Positions 36,903-47,540 are shown, counted from the first letter of the stretch. The stretch is DNA of 64,000 nt from Verrucomicrobiota bacterium (GCA_016235545.1 JACRKB010000189.1:1863-65862); one strand, 5' to 3'. Notes: a model not told the origin generated them from the sequence alone. A program made the numbers and translations.

Positions 36903-37511
36903 GTGAAAACCCGCCCCCTCAACCGCCTTCCGGCAGAGCAACGCAAGCGCGAGGTGCGCGACGCGGCGCTGCGGTGTTTCCTGGCGAACGGCTATGCGGC
37001 TGCGACGTTGCAGCAAATCCGCCTGGCCTCGGGCGCGAGCCACGGGAGCATCTACCATCACTTCGGCAGCAAGCAGGCCATCGCGCGCGAGCTCTATGAG
37101 GAAGGGCGGCGGCAATACACGCAGCACATGCTCGCGGCGCTGCGTCGGCAACAATCGCCAGAGGCCGCGGTGCGCGTGCTGGTCACGGAGCATCTGCGGT
37201 GGACGCGGTTGCACCGAGATTGGACGCTGTTCCTCACGCGCATCGCCACGGCGGAAGTGAATGCGGAGATGCGCGGGCGCATGATGGAGCTGGATGCGGA
37301 GTTTGCGGACGCGGTGCACGAGTGGTTTGCACCGTTCATTCGCAAGCGACTGATTGTCCGGCTTCCGGCTGAGCTTCTGGTGTTGCAGCTATTCGGCCCC
37401 TGCATCGCGTTTGCACGCCGCTGGATCGGTGGCATGGCTTCGACAGGCATAAGGTCCGCTGAGCGCCTCCTCGCCGACGCGGCCTGGCATGCGCTCTCGA
37501 CCGAGAATTGA
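36903..37511 (+). CDS. TetR/AcrR family transcriptional regulator
   Basis: GTG start. The HTH ATLQQIRLASGASHGSIYHHFGSKQAIA is the TetR N-terminal signature. Confidence 0.85.
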   Translation: MKTRPLNRLPAEQRKREVRDAALRCFLANGYAAATLQQIRLASGASHGSIYHHFGSKQAIARELYEEGRRQYTQHMLAALRRQQSPEAAVRVLVTEHLRWTRLHRDWTLFLTRIATAEVNAEMRGRMMELDAEFADAVHEWFAPFIRKRLIVRLPAELLVLQLFGPCIAFARRWIGGMASTGIRSAERLLADAAWHALSTEN

Positions 37512-37614
37512 GCTTTCCGAGAGAACGAACCCCATGAAAATCCACGCCGTGAACGCCGCCGCTCCGCCCCCGCTGGCTTCGCCCTGCACTGACAAAATCT
37601 ATTCCCGGCGATCG

Positions 37615-38607
37615 ATGCGCCTTCGCATGATCTCTTCGTTGACGCTGGGCTTGCTGCTGGCGCTCGCAGACGTCTCGCATGGGGAGCAGCCCGCCAGGCT
37701 TGTGAAGCTCTCCCGCAACGAGACGACGCAAGCCTTTGACTTTGAAACTCCGGTCATGTCGGGCAGCATCCGGGCGGAGGGGAATTACCACGGCGTGTCG
37801 CGGTTGGTGGATAAAAAGAGCGGGCGGTCATTGTTGGATGCGCGTTACTCGGCGTTGAATTTGTTCCGCTTGTTTTCGGTGAATCTCGGCATGGGCACGC
37901 CGCGCACGATGAAGAGCACCGTGCGCGCGACCGATACGGCGGTGGAGATCACCTGGCCTGCCACGCCGGAGCATCAGGGCGTGATCACCGCGCGCTACGA
38001 AGTGCGCGAGCCGGACACCATCGACCTGCATCTGACGCTGCGCTGCAAGGGAACGTATGCGGGCTACGAGCTGCTGCTGCCAAACTACTTCGAGAGCTCG
38101 ATGGTGCCGCATGTGTATTTGCTGCGCCGCGCCATCGGCGACAAGGCACCCGCCGCCGACCTCGTGGTGCCGGGCTTCAGCGAGGTGTATCGCGGTTGCT
38201 CGCTGGTGTTCCCGCGCGATGCGCACGCCGCGCGGCGTCCGCTGGACGGCCGCTGGAACCGCAGCGAGTTCGGGGCGAGCGTCGCGCCGTTTTTCCCCCT
38301 GCGGCACTACGCCCATCCGGTCGTCTTCATGACGGATGCGGAGAAGACACTCGCCGTGGTGATGATGATGAAACGCGAGAGCTGCTCGGCGATCAGCGCG
38401 CGCTACTTCACCGAGAAGCCGCAGGAGCGCGCGTCGAGTTACAGCGCGGTGGATTTCCTCGTCTTCGGCGACGACCTCCTGCCCGGCGATGTGCGGACGG
38501 CGGATGTGCGACTGGTGCTCACACCGCTGGACGCCGAGATGTCGCAGCCGCTGAGGCTGCACGAAAAATTTCTTTCCGAGCCCGATTCCCCCAAGCCCAA
38601 GCCATGA
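37615..38607 (+). CDS. Hypothetical secreted protein
   Basis: MRLRMISSLTLGLLLALADVSHG is a signal peptide (alternative ATG at 37534). GC3-rich frame. No recognisable domain. Confidence 0.5.
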   Translation: MRLRMISSLTLGLLLALADVSHGEQPARLVKLSRNETTQAFDFETPVMSGSIRAEGNYHGVSRLVDKKSGRSLLDARYSALNLFRLFSVNLGMGTPRTMKSTVRATDTAVEITWPATPEHQGVITARYEVREPDTIDLHLTLRCKGTYAGYELLLPNYFESSMVPHVYLLRRAIGDKAPAADLVVPGFSEVYRGCSLVFPRDAHAARRPLDGRWNRSEFGASVAPFFPLRHYAHPVVFMTDAEKTLAVVMMMKRESCSAISARYFTEKPQERASSYSAVDFLVFGDDLLPGDVRTADVRLVLTPLDAEMSQPLRLHEKFLSEPDSPKPKP

Positions 38608-38614
38608 TCCTGCC

Positions 38615-39889
38615 ATGAATGACATCATCACCCGCCGTGACTTTTTGAAAGTCACCGGCTCACTTTCCGCGACCGCTGGCTTCCCGGGCATCATCAACGC
38701 CGCGGGCGGCACGCAGACGCTGCGCATCGGCCTCATCGGCTGCGGCGGGCGCGGCACGGGCGCGGCGATGGAGGCGCTGGCTGCGGACAAGAACACCGTG
38801 CTCGTCGCGATGGGCGATGTGTTTGAGGATCGGCTCGCATCGAGCCTCGATGCCTTGCAGAAGAAGGCGCCGGAGCGCGTGAAGGTGGAGAAGGACAAGC
38901 GTTTCCTCGGCTTCGACGCATATCGCAAAGTCATCGCCAGCGACGTGGATGTCGTCCTGCTCGCCACGCCGCCGGCGTTCCGCCCACAGCATCTCAAGGC
39001 CGCCGTCGAAGCAGGCAAGCACACCTTTGCCGAGTGCATCGCCGCCGTGGATGCGCCGGGCGTGCGCTCTTTCCTCCGCTCATCGGAACTCGCCGCGAGC
39101 AAGGGACTGGGCATCCTCTCCGGCTTCTGCTGGCGCTACGACAACTCCGCGCGGGCTGCAAAGCAGCAGATGCGCGCCGGTGCCATCGGCGACATCCGCG
39201 CGATCTACGCCACCTATTATCGGCAGAGTTTCACTCTGCACTACGGCAAGCAGCGTCGCCCGGAATGGAGCGACCTCCAGTGGCAGATTCGCGATTGGGC
39301 GGATTTTCTCTGGCTCGGCGGTGACTTGTGCATCGGCCTCTCCGGGGGCCATAGCGCGGACAAGATGGCCTGGTGGATGAACGATGTGATGCCAATCAAA
39401 GCCGTGGGCGTCGGCGGCAGGCAGACTCCCGGCGAGGGCAACACCTTCGATCATTGCGAAATCACCTATGAGTATGCCAGCGGCGTGCGCGGCTTCCTCG
39501 GACTGCGCTGTCAGGACGGCTGCCACAACGAGAATGCCGACTACATCATCGGCAGCGACGGCGTCTGCACCATCGGTCGCGGCCCCGCGCCCGTCATCAC
39601 CGGCGCGCATCCGTGGACCTTCGCTGACAAGCGCAATCGCATGCATCAGAACGAGCACGATGAGTTCTTTGCCAGCATCCGCTCGGGCAAACCGATCAAC
39701 GACGGCAAACGCATGGCGCACACCACGCTGATGACTCTGATGGGCCGCATGGCGACCTACACCGGCAAGGAGATCACCTGGGAACAGGCGCTCAACTCGA
39801 AGCAGCAACTCGTGCCCGACGAGATCGACTGGGACACCAAGATCGAACTAACCCCGCAGGCGCAGCCCGGCGTGACGAAGTTTTTCTGA
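38615..39889 (+). CDS. TAT-exported Gfo/Idh/MocA family oxidoreductase (periplasmic glycoside-oxidising type)
   Basis: Twin-arginine leader TRRDFLKVTGSLSATAG, then the Rossmann start LRIGLIGCGGRGTGAA. VVLLATPPAFRPQH. Confidence 0.85.
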   Translation: MNDIITRRDFLKVTGSLSATAGFPGIINAAGGTQTLRIGLIGCGGRGTGAAMEALAADKNTVLVAMGDVFEDRLASSLDALQKKAPERVKVEKDKRFLGFDAYRKVIASDVDVVLLATPPAFRPQHLKAAVEAGKHTFAECIAAVDAPGVRSFLRSSELAASKGLGILSGFCWRYDNSARAAKQQMRAGAIGDIRAIYATYYRQSFTLHYGKQRRPEWSDLQWQIRDWADFLWLGGDLCIGLSGGHSADKMAWWMNDVMPIKAVGVGGRQTPGEGNTFDHCEITYEYASGVRGFLGLRCQDGCHNENADYIIGSDGVCTIGRGPAPVITGAHPWTFADKRNRMHQNEHDEFFASIRSGKPINDGKRMAHTTLMTLMGRMATYTGKEITWEQALNSKQQLVPDEIDWDTKIELTPQAQPGVTKFF

Positions 39890-39899
39890 AACGCCGCTG

Positions 39900-42191
39900 A
39901 TGAAGAAATTCGTGTCCACCGTCATCGCGCTGCTGCTTTCCTCATTGGCGCTTCTCCAGGCTGCGGAGGAATCCGTGACACGCACGATGGCGGTGTTCAC
40001 CAACCTCACGCTCGCCAGCGGTGTGCAGGAGACAGTCAAGTTCGTCGCCGAGCCGCCGCCATCGGACAGGGAGGCTGTGCTCGCGCTCAAGGCGCGCTTG
40101 GACAACCCGCGCAACGGTGGCTTCGCCCATGCGCTGCGGCTCACGCTGAACGGGCGCGTGCTCGACGGCGCGCGGCTGCTGAACAAGCCGCTCAAAGGCA
40201 GGGCGGCGGACGGACGCACGCACTCGCTCGTCGCCGGTGATCGCTTCGCGGCGTTTCATGGCCCCGATTTCACAGCGGCGGACACATCGCCCTACGCCAT
40301 CGCCGGCGTGAAGACAGGCGAGTTTGAGCTGCGCGTGACCGACCTGCTGCGCGCGGGGGAAAACGAACTCGTCATTGCCAACGCCGCGTTGCCAAAGATG
40401 CAGCGCAATCTCGTGGTGGCGGACGGCCGCGTCATCGTGGGCGATGCCACGTCGTTCGCCACAAAGCTGAAGACGGCCGGGGCGCCGACCGGGCCGCTTG
40501 ATGCCTTTACGCCGGCGAAGGACCACAAGGTTTCTTTTCAGGCCAATGAGCTTCCCGGTGCCCGGTTGGAAATTGCAGTCGGAGGCGAATTGTTCACGGT
40601 TGAAAGCGAGTTCTCCACCCCCGACGGCAAATGGGCGACCGCGTCGAACGCGCATTTCCGCCACACGCGCAAAATCGAGCGGCGCGACGAAGCCATCGTC
40701 GTGTTCGACACGTTCGAGAATCTCACGGACGAAAACCTGCCCTTGATGCAGCGCCACCGTGCGCAGACCACGGCGGGCATGCAGCGCGTCTGGCTTGGCG
40801 GTCTCTCGCCCGCCTCTTTGAACGGCTTGGCCAGCGAGCCGGCCAATCCGGCGGTCTTTGGCGCGACGGCCAGGAATGGCATCGGCCTGCTGCCGCTGAA
40901 CGACGAGTTTCAGGTTCACGTCCGGCAGGAATCCGCGGCCGGCGTGCTGGCGTTGTCCGATTTGCAGTTCGTCCTGCGCCCGCGCGCGAGCTACACCGCC
41001 GAGTGGGCCGTCGTGCCGGTCACGCGGCCCGAATATTTCGATTTCGTCAACGCCACGCGCCGTTTGCTCGATGCGAACTTCACCATTCGCGAGTGCTTTG
41101 CTTTTCTCCGCGCCGGGCCGTTGACGGAGAAGTGGAGCGACGAACAGTTCGCGGCCTTCATCCGCCTCAAGAGCGCCAGCATCGTCTGTGCGAGCATCGA
41201 GCAGCCACGCTACCGGGGGCAGATCCCGCACGGCACCTCGTTCCAGAGAGTGGCGCATGACAGCCATCAGCGCTGGGTTGAGCGCGTCCACCGGCTCGCG
41301 CCGGGCGTGAAGACGAGCGTCTATTTCCACTGCTTCCTAGACACGGTGGAGGACTCGCCCACCACCTATGCCGACTCGCGCAACCTGCTGCCCAATGGCG
41401 CGCAGGCCGACTATGGACAGGCCGTCTTCAAGAATTTTTTCCCCACCGAGAGCAACAGCTACGGGCGCGCCATCGGACGCAACGTGGACCTCATCCTCGA
41501 CGACATTCGCGCCGACGGCGTGTATTGGGACGAATTCGAGCACAGCGCCCACCGCTATCATTACGGCGAGCCTTGGGATGGCTGCTCGGCGGACATTGAC
41601 GCGCGCACGCACCGGCTCACGCGGTTGAAATCATCGGTCACGCTCATCAGCCAGCTGTGGCGGCTGGCGTTGGCCAAGAAAATCCTCGCGCGTGGCACGC
41701 TCATCGCCAACGGCCAGCCCAACACGCGCACGATGGCGCGGCTGAAAATCCCTCGCTTCGTCGAGACCGGCAGCATCAGCAACTGCCGCCGCGCCCAACT
41801 TCACTCGCCCATCGCCCTCGGTGATCACCTCACCGAGCGCAGCGAGGCCGACGCCTATCGCACCATGCTCGACGCGCTTGACTACGGCTGCCTGTATCAC
41901 TGGTATAGCGACATGCTGGTCATCCCGGAGCATCCCACGCTCACGCAGTTCATGTATCCCGCGACGCCGATGGAGTTGCACGAAGGCTTCATCATCGCGC
42001 GCGAGCGGATTCTGACCAAACGCAGCGGCCTTTTCGGCTGGGGCGACGATGCACACCACGAAGTCCACGTTTTCAATGACGCTGGCCGCGAGATGAAAGA
42101 GTTCATCGCGCCGACGGTGACGCGCGACGGAATGACCTTCACCGAACTCCGCCTCGCCGAAGGCTGGTCAGCGGCGATTGTGAGGAAGTGA
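39900..42191 (+). CDS. Large hypothetical secreted protein (763 aa)
   Basis: Signal peptide MKKFVSTVIALLLSSLALLQA. Consistent GC3-rich frame. The C-terminal half (YFHCFLD..., DGVYWDEFEH) is vaguely TIM-barrel glycosidase-like, but I have no firm family assignment. Confidence 0.5.
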   Translation: MKKFVSTVIALLLSSLALLQAAEESVTRTMAVFTNLTLASGVQETVKFVAEPPPSDREAVLALKARLDNPRNGGFAHALRLTLNGRVLDGARLLNKPLKGRAADGRTHSLVAGDRFAAFHGPDFTAADTSPYAIAGVKTGEFELRVTDLLRAGENELVIANAALPKMQRNLVVADGRVIVGDATSFATKLKTAGAPTGPLDAFTPAKDHKVSFQANELPGARLEIAVGGELFTVESEFSTPDGKWATASNAHFRHTRKIERRDEAIVVFDTFENLTDENLPLMQRHRAQTTAGMQRVWLGGLSPASLNGLASEPANPAVFGATARNGIGLLPLNDEFQVHVRQESAAGVLALSDLQFVLRPRASYTAEWAVVPVTRPEYFDFVNATRRLLDANFTIRECFAFLRAGPLTEKWSDEQFAAFIRLKSASIVCASIEQPRYRGQIPHGTSFQRVAHDSHQRWVERVHRLAPGVKTSVYFHCFLDTVEDSPTTYADSRNLLPNGAQADYGQAVFKNFFPTESNSYGRAIGRNVDLILDDIRADGVYWDEFEHSAHRYHYGEPWDGCSADIDARTHRLTRLKSSVTLISQLWRLALAKKILARGTLIANGQPNTRTMARLKIPRFVETGSISNCRRAQLHSPIALGDHLTERSEADAYRTMLDALDYGCLYHWYSDMLVIPEHPTLTQFMYPATPMELHEGFIIARERILTKRSGLFGWGDDAHHEVHVFNDAGREMKEFIAPTVTRDGMTFTELRLAEGWSAAIVRK

Positions 42192-42268
42192 GGCGGCCCC
42201 AGAGATTGAAGTTGTTACCCCGCGACCCGAACGACCATCAACCCATCAACCACGGAAGATTGACCGCC

Positions 42269-43852
42269 ATGAAACCAGCCCCGGCAACAACCGAAACCCC
42301 ACCATTAACCCGCCTCCGAAAAACCGTTTTCGGAAGCTCCATGTTGTCTGGCATACTCGCTGGCTTCCTGGCGGCAACGCCCGCCGCTTTGTCCGCCCAG
42401 CAGCCGACGAGTCAGATCATCCCGCGTCCACGGCTCGAAAAACTTACGGGCGACGCTGTGACGCTTGCCGGTGCCGGCGGCGACATCACCGTGTCGTATG
42501 TGTCGGGCGAACCAAAGCCCGCCGCTTTGACGGAAGGTCTCGGATTGCTCGCGGCCCGATTCAAGTCGCTGGGCGGCTCCCTCCGCGACGCCAAGGCCGA
42601 CGCCACGCGTGCGATGATTGTGTTCGAGAAATGCCCGATGGAAACGATGGCGCGGACTCTGTCAGCGCGAGGCGTCAAAGAGGTGCTGGATCCGAAACGG
42701 CTGGCACAGGCGTATCAACTGTCAGTGAGCGCCAGTGGGAAGGGTCAGGTGACCCTCAGGGCTGCGGGCGACTTGGGTCTTTATTACGGCGTTGTGTCAC
42801 TGGTGCAATTGGTGGAGGCGGACTCGAAGGGAAAGCTGCAAGTGCCGGCGGGTGAAATCCTGGATTGGCCGGAGATTGCCCATCGTCTCGCCAAGACCAG
42901 CGCGACGGACAACGCCCCGGCCATCGTGAACCGGTTCGCCGCCTGGATGCCGTTCTACAAGATCAGCCAGGTGGGGCTGCAGTTTCACGGGGTAGAATCC
43001 CTCGAACTGGACACGAACTTCACCACGAGCATCAAGGCGATTTGCGGCTGGGCGCGCCGCACCGCGATTTGCGAGACGGTCGTGTATTTCTGCCCGTTCC
43101 GCGGCAAGCCCAAGAATGTGGGCGCGTATGATTTTCGCCTTCCCGAACACCGGGCGGCTTACGTGCAGTTGCTGGAAGGATTCCTGGCGCAGGGCGCGCA
43201 TGGCATCGAAGTGGATTACAACGACTGGGGGGACAACCCGGAGATACCGATCGAGGATGTGCTTAATCTGGCGTGTGAATCCGTCTGGAAAAAGGATCCC
43301 GCCGCGTATGTCTTCTGGTGCGCGCCGAACCTCGGAACCGCCACCTACAACGGGCCAGCAACACCGGAGTTGGCGCGGATTCTCTCCAAAGTCCCTGACC
43401 GTGTCTGGCCATTGTGGGTTGGGAGTCCGGAAAACTGGAATGGTTTTCGTGGCGCCATCCCCCGGCGGCTGGAGGCCGAAGACTGGACCAGGACAACGGG
43501 GCGTCGTCCGTTCCTTTGGCTGAATCGTGTTTCATTTGGCGTGACAAATGAAATGGGGCGTGCCCTTGCGGAAGCGCAAGGCGCGCATGCCTTCCGGGGC
43601 GAGGTTATGCCGAAGGATCTAAACCGGCTTATTGCCGGAGTCCATTTCAACGCCGGGATGAGCAAGGGATACATGAAGTTGCCGAACGAGTTCTCGCCGG
43701 AAGCACTCGCGTATTTCGCCACCGCTGCCGACTACGTCTGGAATCCGCACGATTGGGAGGCGGTGGAATCCTGCCGCCGCGCCCGGCGGTTCATGAGCAT
43801 CATGTCGCCTTTGCTGGCACAGCGAGTCGCCCTGGTCGCAGCAGAAAACTGA
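42269..43852 (+). CDS. Hypothetical secreted protein with hexosaminidase-like (GH20/GH84-type) N-terminal domain
   Basis: Signal-like N-terminus. IIPRPRLEKLTGDAVTL...GLYYGVVSLVQLVE...ILDWPEIAHR resembles the N-domain/catalytic-domain junction of beta-N-acetylhexosaminidases. The start is uncertain (GTG 42188, ATG 42269 or ATG 42341). Confidence 0.4.
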   Translation: MKPAPATTETPPLTRLRKTVFGSSMLSGILAGFLAATPAALSAQQPTSQIIPRPRLEKLTGDAVTLAGAGGDITVSYVSGEPKPAALTEGLGLLAARFKSLGGSLRDAKADATRAMIVFEKCPMETMARTLSARGVKEVLDPKRLAQAYQLSVSASGKGQVTLRAAGDLGLYYGVVSLVQLVEADSKGKLQVPAGEILDWPEIAHRLAKTSATDNAPAIVNRFAAWMPFYKISQVGLQFHGVESLELDTNFTTSIKAICGWARRTAICETVVYFCPFRGKPKNVGAYDFRLPEHRAAYVQLLEGFLAQGAHGIEVDYNDWGDNPEIPIEDVLNLACESVWKKDPAAYVFWCAPNLGTATYNGPATPELARILSKVPDRVWPLWVGSPENWNGFRGAIPRRLEAEDWTRTTGRRPFLWLNRVSFGVTNEMGRALAEAQGAHAFRGEVMPKDLNRLIAGVHFNAGMSKGYMKLPNEFSPEALAYFATAADYVWNPHDWEAVESCRRARRFMSIMSPLLAQRVALVAAEN

Positions 43853-43874
43853 TTTCAGCAACTCACACCCATAC

Positions 43875-45275
43875 ATGAGACAACTCCTCACTCTCACCTT
43901 CCTGCTGCTGTCAGCAGTGGCGGGACTGCGCGCCGGAGTTGTGCCCCTGCGGATCGCCACGTTTCAAGCGGATGCCACTCCGCCCATCGGTTCGGCGCTG
44001 TGCTTCGGGAATGTGAAACCCGTGAAGGAAGTCGTGACCCCGCTCACGGGGCGCGGGGTGATCCTGCTCGGCGCAGGCGAGCCCATTGTGCTGTGCGCCT
44101 TCGACTGGCTGGGCATCGCCAATGAAAGCCATGATGCCGCCCGCGACGCGCTGGCGAAAGCCGTGGGCACTTCCCGCGACCGCGTGACCGTTCATGTGCT
44201 GCATCAGCACGACGCGCCGGGCAGCGACTTTGGCGCGGAACGATTGCTCGCGGAACACGGACTGGGCGGTCAGGGATCGAATGCGGAATTCGACCGGCAG
44301 GCCTTTCAACATGTCGCGTCGGTGGCGAAGGCTTCGCTCGCGACGGCGCGGCCCGTGACGCACGTCGGGCTTGGCGCGGGCAAGGTCGAGCAGGTTGCAT
44401 CAAACCGGCGCATCCTCGATCCGTTCACGCGGCGCGTGGCCATCGTCCGGTTGAGCGCCACACGCAGTCCCGAGGCGCAGGCCGCACCCGAGGGGACGAT
44501 TGATCCGCTGGTCCACCTCGTCGCCTTTTGGAGCGAAGACAAACCCGTTGCCGTGATGACGTATTACGCCACGCACCCGCAGAGCTACTACGGGCAGGGC
44601 TCCGTGAACTGGGATTTCGTCGGCATCGCACGCGAGTTGCGCGAGAAGGCGCTGCCGGGCGTGGCGCACATTCACTTCGACGGCGCGGGCGGGAACGTGG
44701 CCGCTGGCAAATACAACGACGGCTCGAAAGACAAGCGCCCCGTCCTCGCCCAGCGCCTTGCCGACGGCATGAAGCTCGCGTGGGACTCGCAGAAGAAGCA
44801 GCCGATCCGCGCGGCAGATGTCGGGTGGCAGGTCGCGCCTGTCGCGATGCCGGTGCGCGACACGCTGGAGGATAAGCAACTGCTCGCCAAACTCTCCGAC
44901 ACCACGCAGAAGCAGCTCGATCGCCTCCGGGCCGCGCGCGATTTGTCGTTTTTGCGCCGCACGCGCGGCGGGCATCAGATTCCGGTGAGTTGTCTGCGGC
45001 TCGGCACCGCACGCGTGCTGCACCTGCCGGGCGAGTTGTTTGTGGAATATCAGATCGCCGCCCAGCAGATGCGCCCCGACGATTTCGTCGCCATGGCTGC
45101 CTACGGAGACCTCGGTCCCGGCTACATCGGCACGGAGCTCGCCTACGGACAGGGCGGCTACGAGACCGGCATTGTCTCCCGCGTGGCGCCGGAGGTGGAG
45201 AAAGTGCTGGTGGGCGCGATGCAACACTTGCTCGGAAACAAGCCAGGAATGATCCAGCCGAAGTCATCACGATGA
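43875..45275 (+). CDS. Hypothetical secreted protein (possibly neutral-ceramidase-N-terminal-like hydrolase)
   Basis: Signal peptide. ADATPPIGSAL.FG and HVLHQHDAPG are reminiscent of ceramidase-like proteins. This assignment is weak. Confidence 0.35.
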   Translation: MRQLLTLTFLLLSAVAGLRAGVVPLRIATFQADATPPIGSALCFGNVKPVKEVVTPLTGRGVILLGAGEPIVLCAFDWLGIANESHDAARDALAKAVGTSRDRVTVHVLHQHDAPGSDFGAERLLAEHGLGGQGSNAEFDRQAFQHVASVAKASLATARPVTHVGLGAGKVEQVASNRRILDPFTRRVAIVRLSATRSPEAQAAPEGTIDPLVHLVAFWSEDKPVAVMTYYATHPQSYYGQGSVNWDFVGIARELREKALPGVAHIHFDGAGGNVAAGKYNDGSKDKRPVLAQRLADGMKLAWDSQKKQPIRAADVGWQVAPVAMPVRDTLEDKQLLAKLSDTTQKQLDRLRAARDLSFLRRTRGGHQIPVSCLRLGTARVLHLPGELFVEYQIAAQQMRPDDFVAMAAYGDLGPGYIGTELAYGQGGYETGIVSRVAPEVEKVLVGAMQHLLGNKPGMIQPKSSR

Positions 45276-45342
45276 AACCCGCCGCACCGAAAACCGCACC
45301 TCATCACCTCAACTCTGAAACTCCGTTCCCAGAAATTCTGAA

Positions 45343-46572
45343 ATGGCCATGAAACACCCAACCGACCCAACACTCCAAACAAAGCAGACCCACTCCGTCT
45401 CGCGCCGCACATTTTTGAAAACCACGGGTGCGTTCACCGTCGGCGCGCTCGCGGGACTGCCGGGGCGCGCGTCGGCAGCGCCCAGCGTGAGCGTCATCGA
45501 AACCAAAGTCATCTCGTGGGAGCCGCAGTTTTACCACGGCTGGCCGACGGTCGCGCGTCGGGCGAATGGCGAGCTGTGGGTGACGTGGTCGGGCGGACGC
45601 GAGGGTCATGTTTGCCCGTTTGGACAAGTCCATGCGATGACCTCTCGCGATGATGGCAGGACGTGGAGCTGGCCGCGCGTGTTGCTGGACAGCGCCATTG
45701 ATGATCGCGATTCCGGTGTGCTCGTCACGGCGAAAGGCACGCTCATCGTCACCACGTTCACCTCGCTTGCGTATGAGCGGTTCTTTGTCAAGGGCACCGC
45801 CGATGGTGATCCGCAGCCGCTCAACAAGGCGATGGCACCGGAGCACTTTGCGAAATGGAAGGCCGCGCATTTGCGATTGAGCGCGGCGGAGCGGAAGGCG
45901 GAGCTTGGCGAGTGGTGCATCCGCTCCACCGATGGCGGGCTCACCTGGTCGGCGCGGATGCCGACCCTCGTGAACAGTCCGCACGGCCCCATCCAACTCA
46001 AGGACGGACGCCTGCTCTACGCAGGCAAGCAACTGTGGACCGGCGAGAACAAGAGCGGCGTCTGCGAATCAAAAGACGACGGCCTGACCTGGCAATGGCT
46101 CGCACAAATTCCCGCGCGCCCCGGCGACAATGCCGCCGGCGAATACCACGAACTGCACGTCGTTGAAGCCGCCAACGGCACGCTCATCGCGCAGATTCGG
46201 AAAGAAGGCGCAGCCGACGGCGGCCACACGTTGCAAAGCGAATCCAAGGACGGCGGAAAAACGTGGAGCGTGCCGCGTGTGATCGGTTTCGGCATCCCCT
46301 CGCATTTGATCAAGCTGCGCGATGGCCGCCTGCTCATGACCTATGGCCACCGCCGCCCGCCTTACGGCACGCAGGCGCGTGTCAGCGCGGACAATGGCAG
46401 CAGTTGGAGCGATCCGCTCGTCATCACTGACGACTGCCCGCGCAACGATCTCGGTTATCCCAGCACGGTGGAACTCGCCGACGGCACGTTGCTCACGATC
46501 TGGTATGAGAGCGTGGAGAAGGTCAAAGCCAAGCCGACCGTGCTGCGTCAGGCGAAGTGGAAGCCTGCGTAA
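45343..46572 (+). CDS. TAT-exported BNR/Asp-box repeat sialidase-superfamily (GH33-like) protein
   Basis: Twin-arginine leader SRRTFLKTTGAF. Five Asp-boxes: SRDDGRTWS, STDGGLTWS, SKDDGLTWQ, SKDGGKTWS and SADNGSSWS. Confidence 0.8.
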   Translation: MAMKHPTDPTLQTKQTHSVSRRTFLKTTGAFTVGALAGLPGRASAAPSVSVIETKVISWEPQFYHGWPTVARRANGELWVTWSGGREGHVCPFGQVHAMTSRDDGRTWSWPRVLLDSAIDDRDSGVLVTAKGTLIVTTFTSLAYERFFVKGTADGDPQPLNKAMAPEHFAKWKAAHLRLSAAERKAELGEWCIRSTDGGLTWSARMPTLVNSPHGPIQLKDGRLLYAGKQLWTGENKSGVCESKDDGLTWQWLAQIPARPGDNAAGEYHELHVVEAANGTLIAQIRKEGAADGGHTLQSESKDGGKTWSVPRVIGFGIPSHLIKLRDGRLLMTYGHRRPPYGTQARVSADNGSSWSDPLVITDDCPRNDLGYPSTVELADGTLLTIWYESVEKVKAKPTVLRQAKWKPA

Positions 46573-46579
46573 ATTCACC

Positions 46580-47527
46580 ATGAAGCTCATCATCACTCTG
46601 ACCCTCGCCATCCTCTGCATCTCGATCCCGGCCCGTGCGCAAGATGCCAACGTGAAACCCAAGCTCACGCCGCCGTATCGGCTGATGTATGGCTACAAGG
46701 ACTTGGCGGGCTTCAGGCCGCAGCCGTTCTGGTCGGACACCAAGGAGTGCGCGCGGTTGTGGGATGAGGTTTTTGAACGCTTCAACATCATCACGGGCAA
46801 GACCACCGATGCTGCGGTGGTGAAGCGTTTGCGCGAGCATGGGATCGTCTTCGCATTCAGCGTGAGCAACAATCGCAACGCTACGCACAAGACGACCGAG
46901 GACTTCGTGCGCGAGTGGTCGAGGCCGCTGGAGGACACGCTGGGCGGGCAGCTGCCGGGAGGATTCGATGGAATCTCGATTGATGAGCTGCACGGCGACA
47001 CCGATGGGAGCGCGGACTCGGAGATCACGATCAAGGCTGTGCGCGAGGTGCGGCGGCGTTTTCCGCAGAAGGCCATCCTCGCCTGGGCGCCGATGGTCGT
47101 GGTGCTCGCCGGTTCGCCGGATAAGAACGGGCTGCGCTACGCGAAAGGCAAGATGTGCGACAACCAGCTCCGCATGGTGGCCGAGTGTTGTGACCTCTTG
47201 ATGATCGAGTGCTACCACAGGGAGAGCAGCACGCATCTCGACTGGTTCGCCGAGGCCGCGAAGAATCTGAACACGCGTGCGCCTGGCCTGCTGGACAAGA
47301 GTGTGTTCGGCCTCTGCGTCTCGCAGCGCGAAGACCTCAACATGGACGACAAGCCCGAGATGGACTTCGCGCAGCATGTGGAGAAGCAGTTCAAGCTCCT
47401 GAAAACGGAGCCGCTGGTGAAGCAGACACCGGGCGTGGCGATCTACGCCTTCTACCGCGCGAAGCCCGAGATGATCCGCGCGATTAATCTTCTAGCCGAA
47501 AAGTATTATCCAGCAGCACATCCGTAG
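46580..47527 (+). CDS. Hypothetical secreted protein
   Basis: Signal peptide MKLIITLTLAILCISIPARA. GC3-rich frame. No recognisable domain. Confidence 0.5.
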   Translation: MKLIITLTLAILCISIPARAQDANVKPKLTPPYRLMYGYKDLAGFRPQPFWSDTKECARLWDEVFERFNIITGKTTDAAVVKRLREHGIVFAFSVSNNRNATHKTTEDFVREWSRPLEDTLGGQLPGGFDGISIDELHGDTDGSADSEITIKAVREVRRRFPQKAILAWAPMVVVLAGSPDKNGLRYAKGKMCDNQLRMVAECCDLLMIECYHRESSTHLDWFAEAAKNLNTRAPGLLDKSVFGLCVSQREDLNMDDKPEMDFAQHVEKQFKLLKTEPLVKQTPGVAIYAFYRAKPEMIRAINLLAEKYYPAAHP

Positions 47528-47540
47528 TCTCCGAATCACC

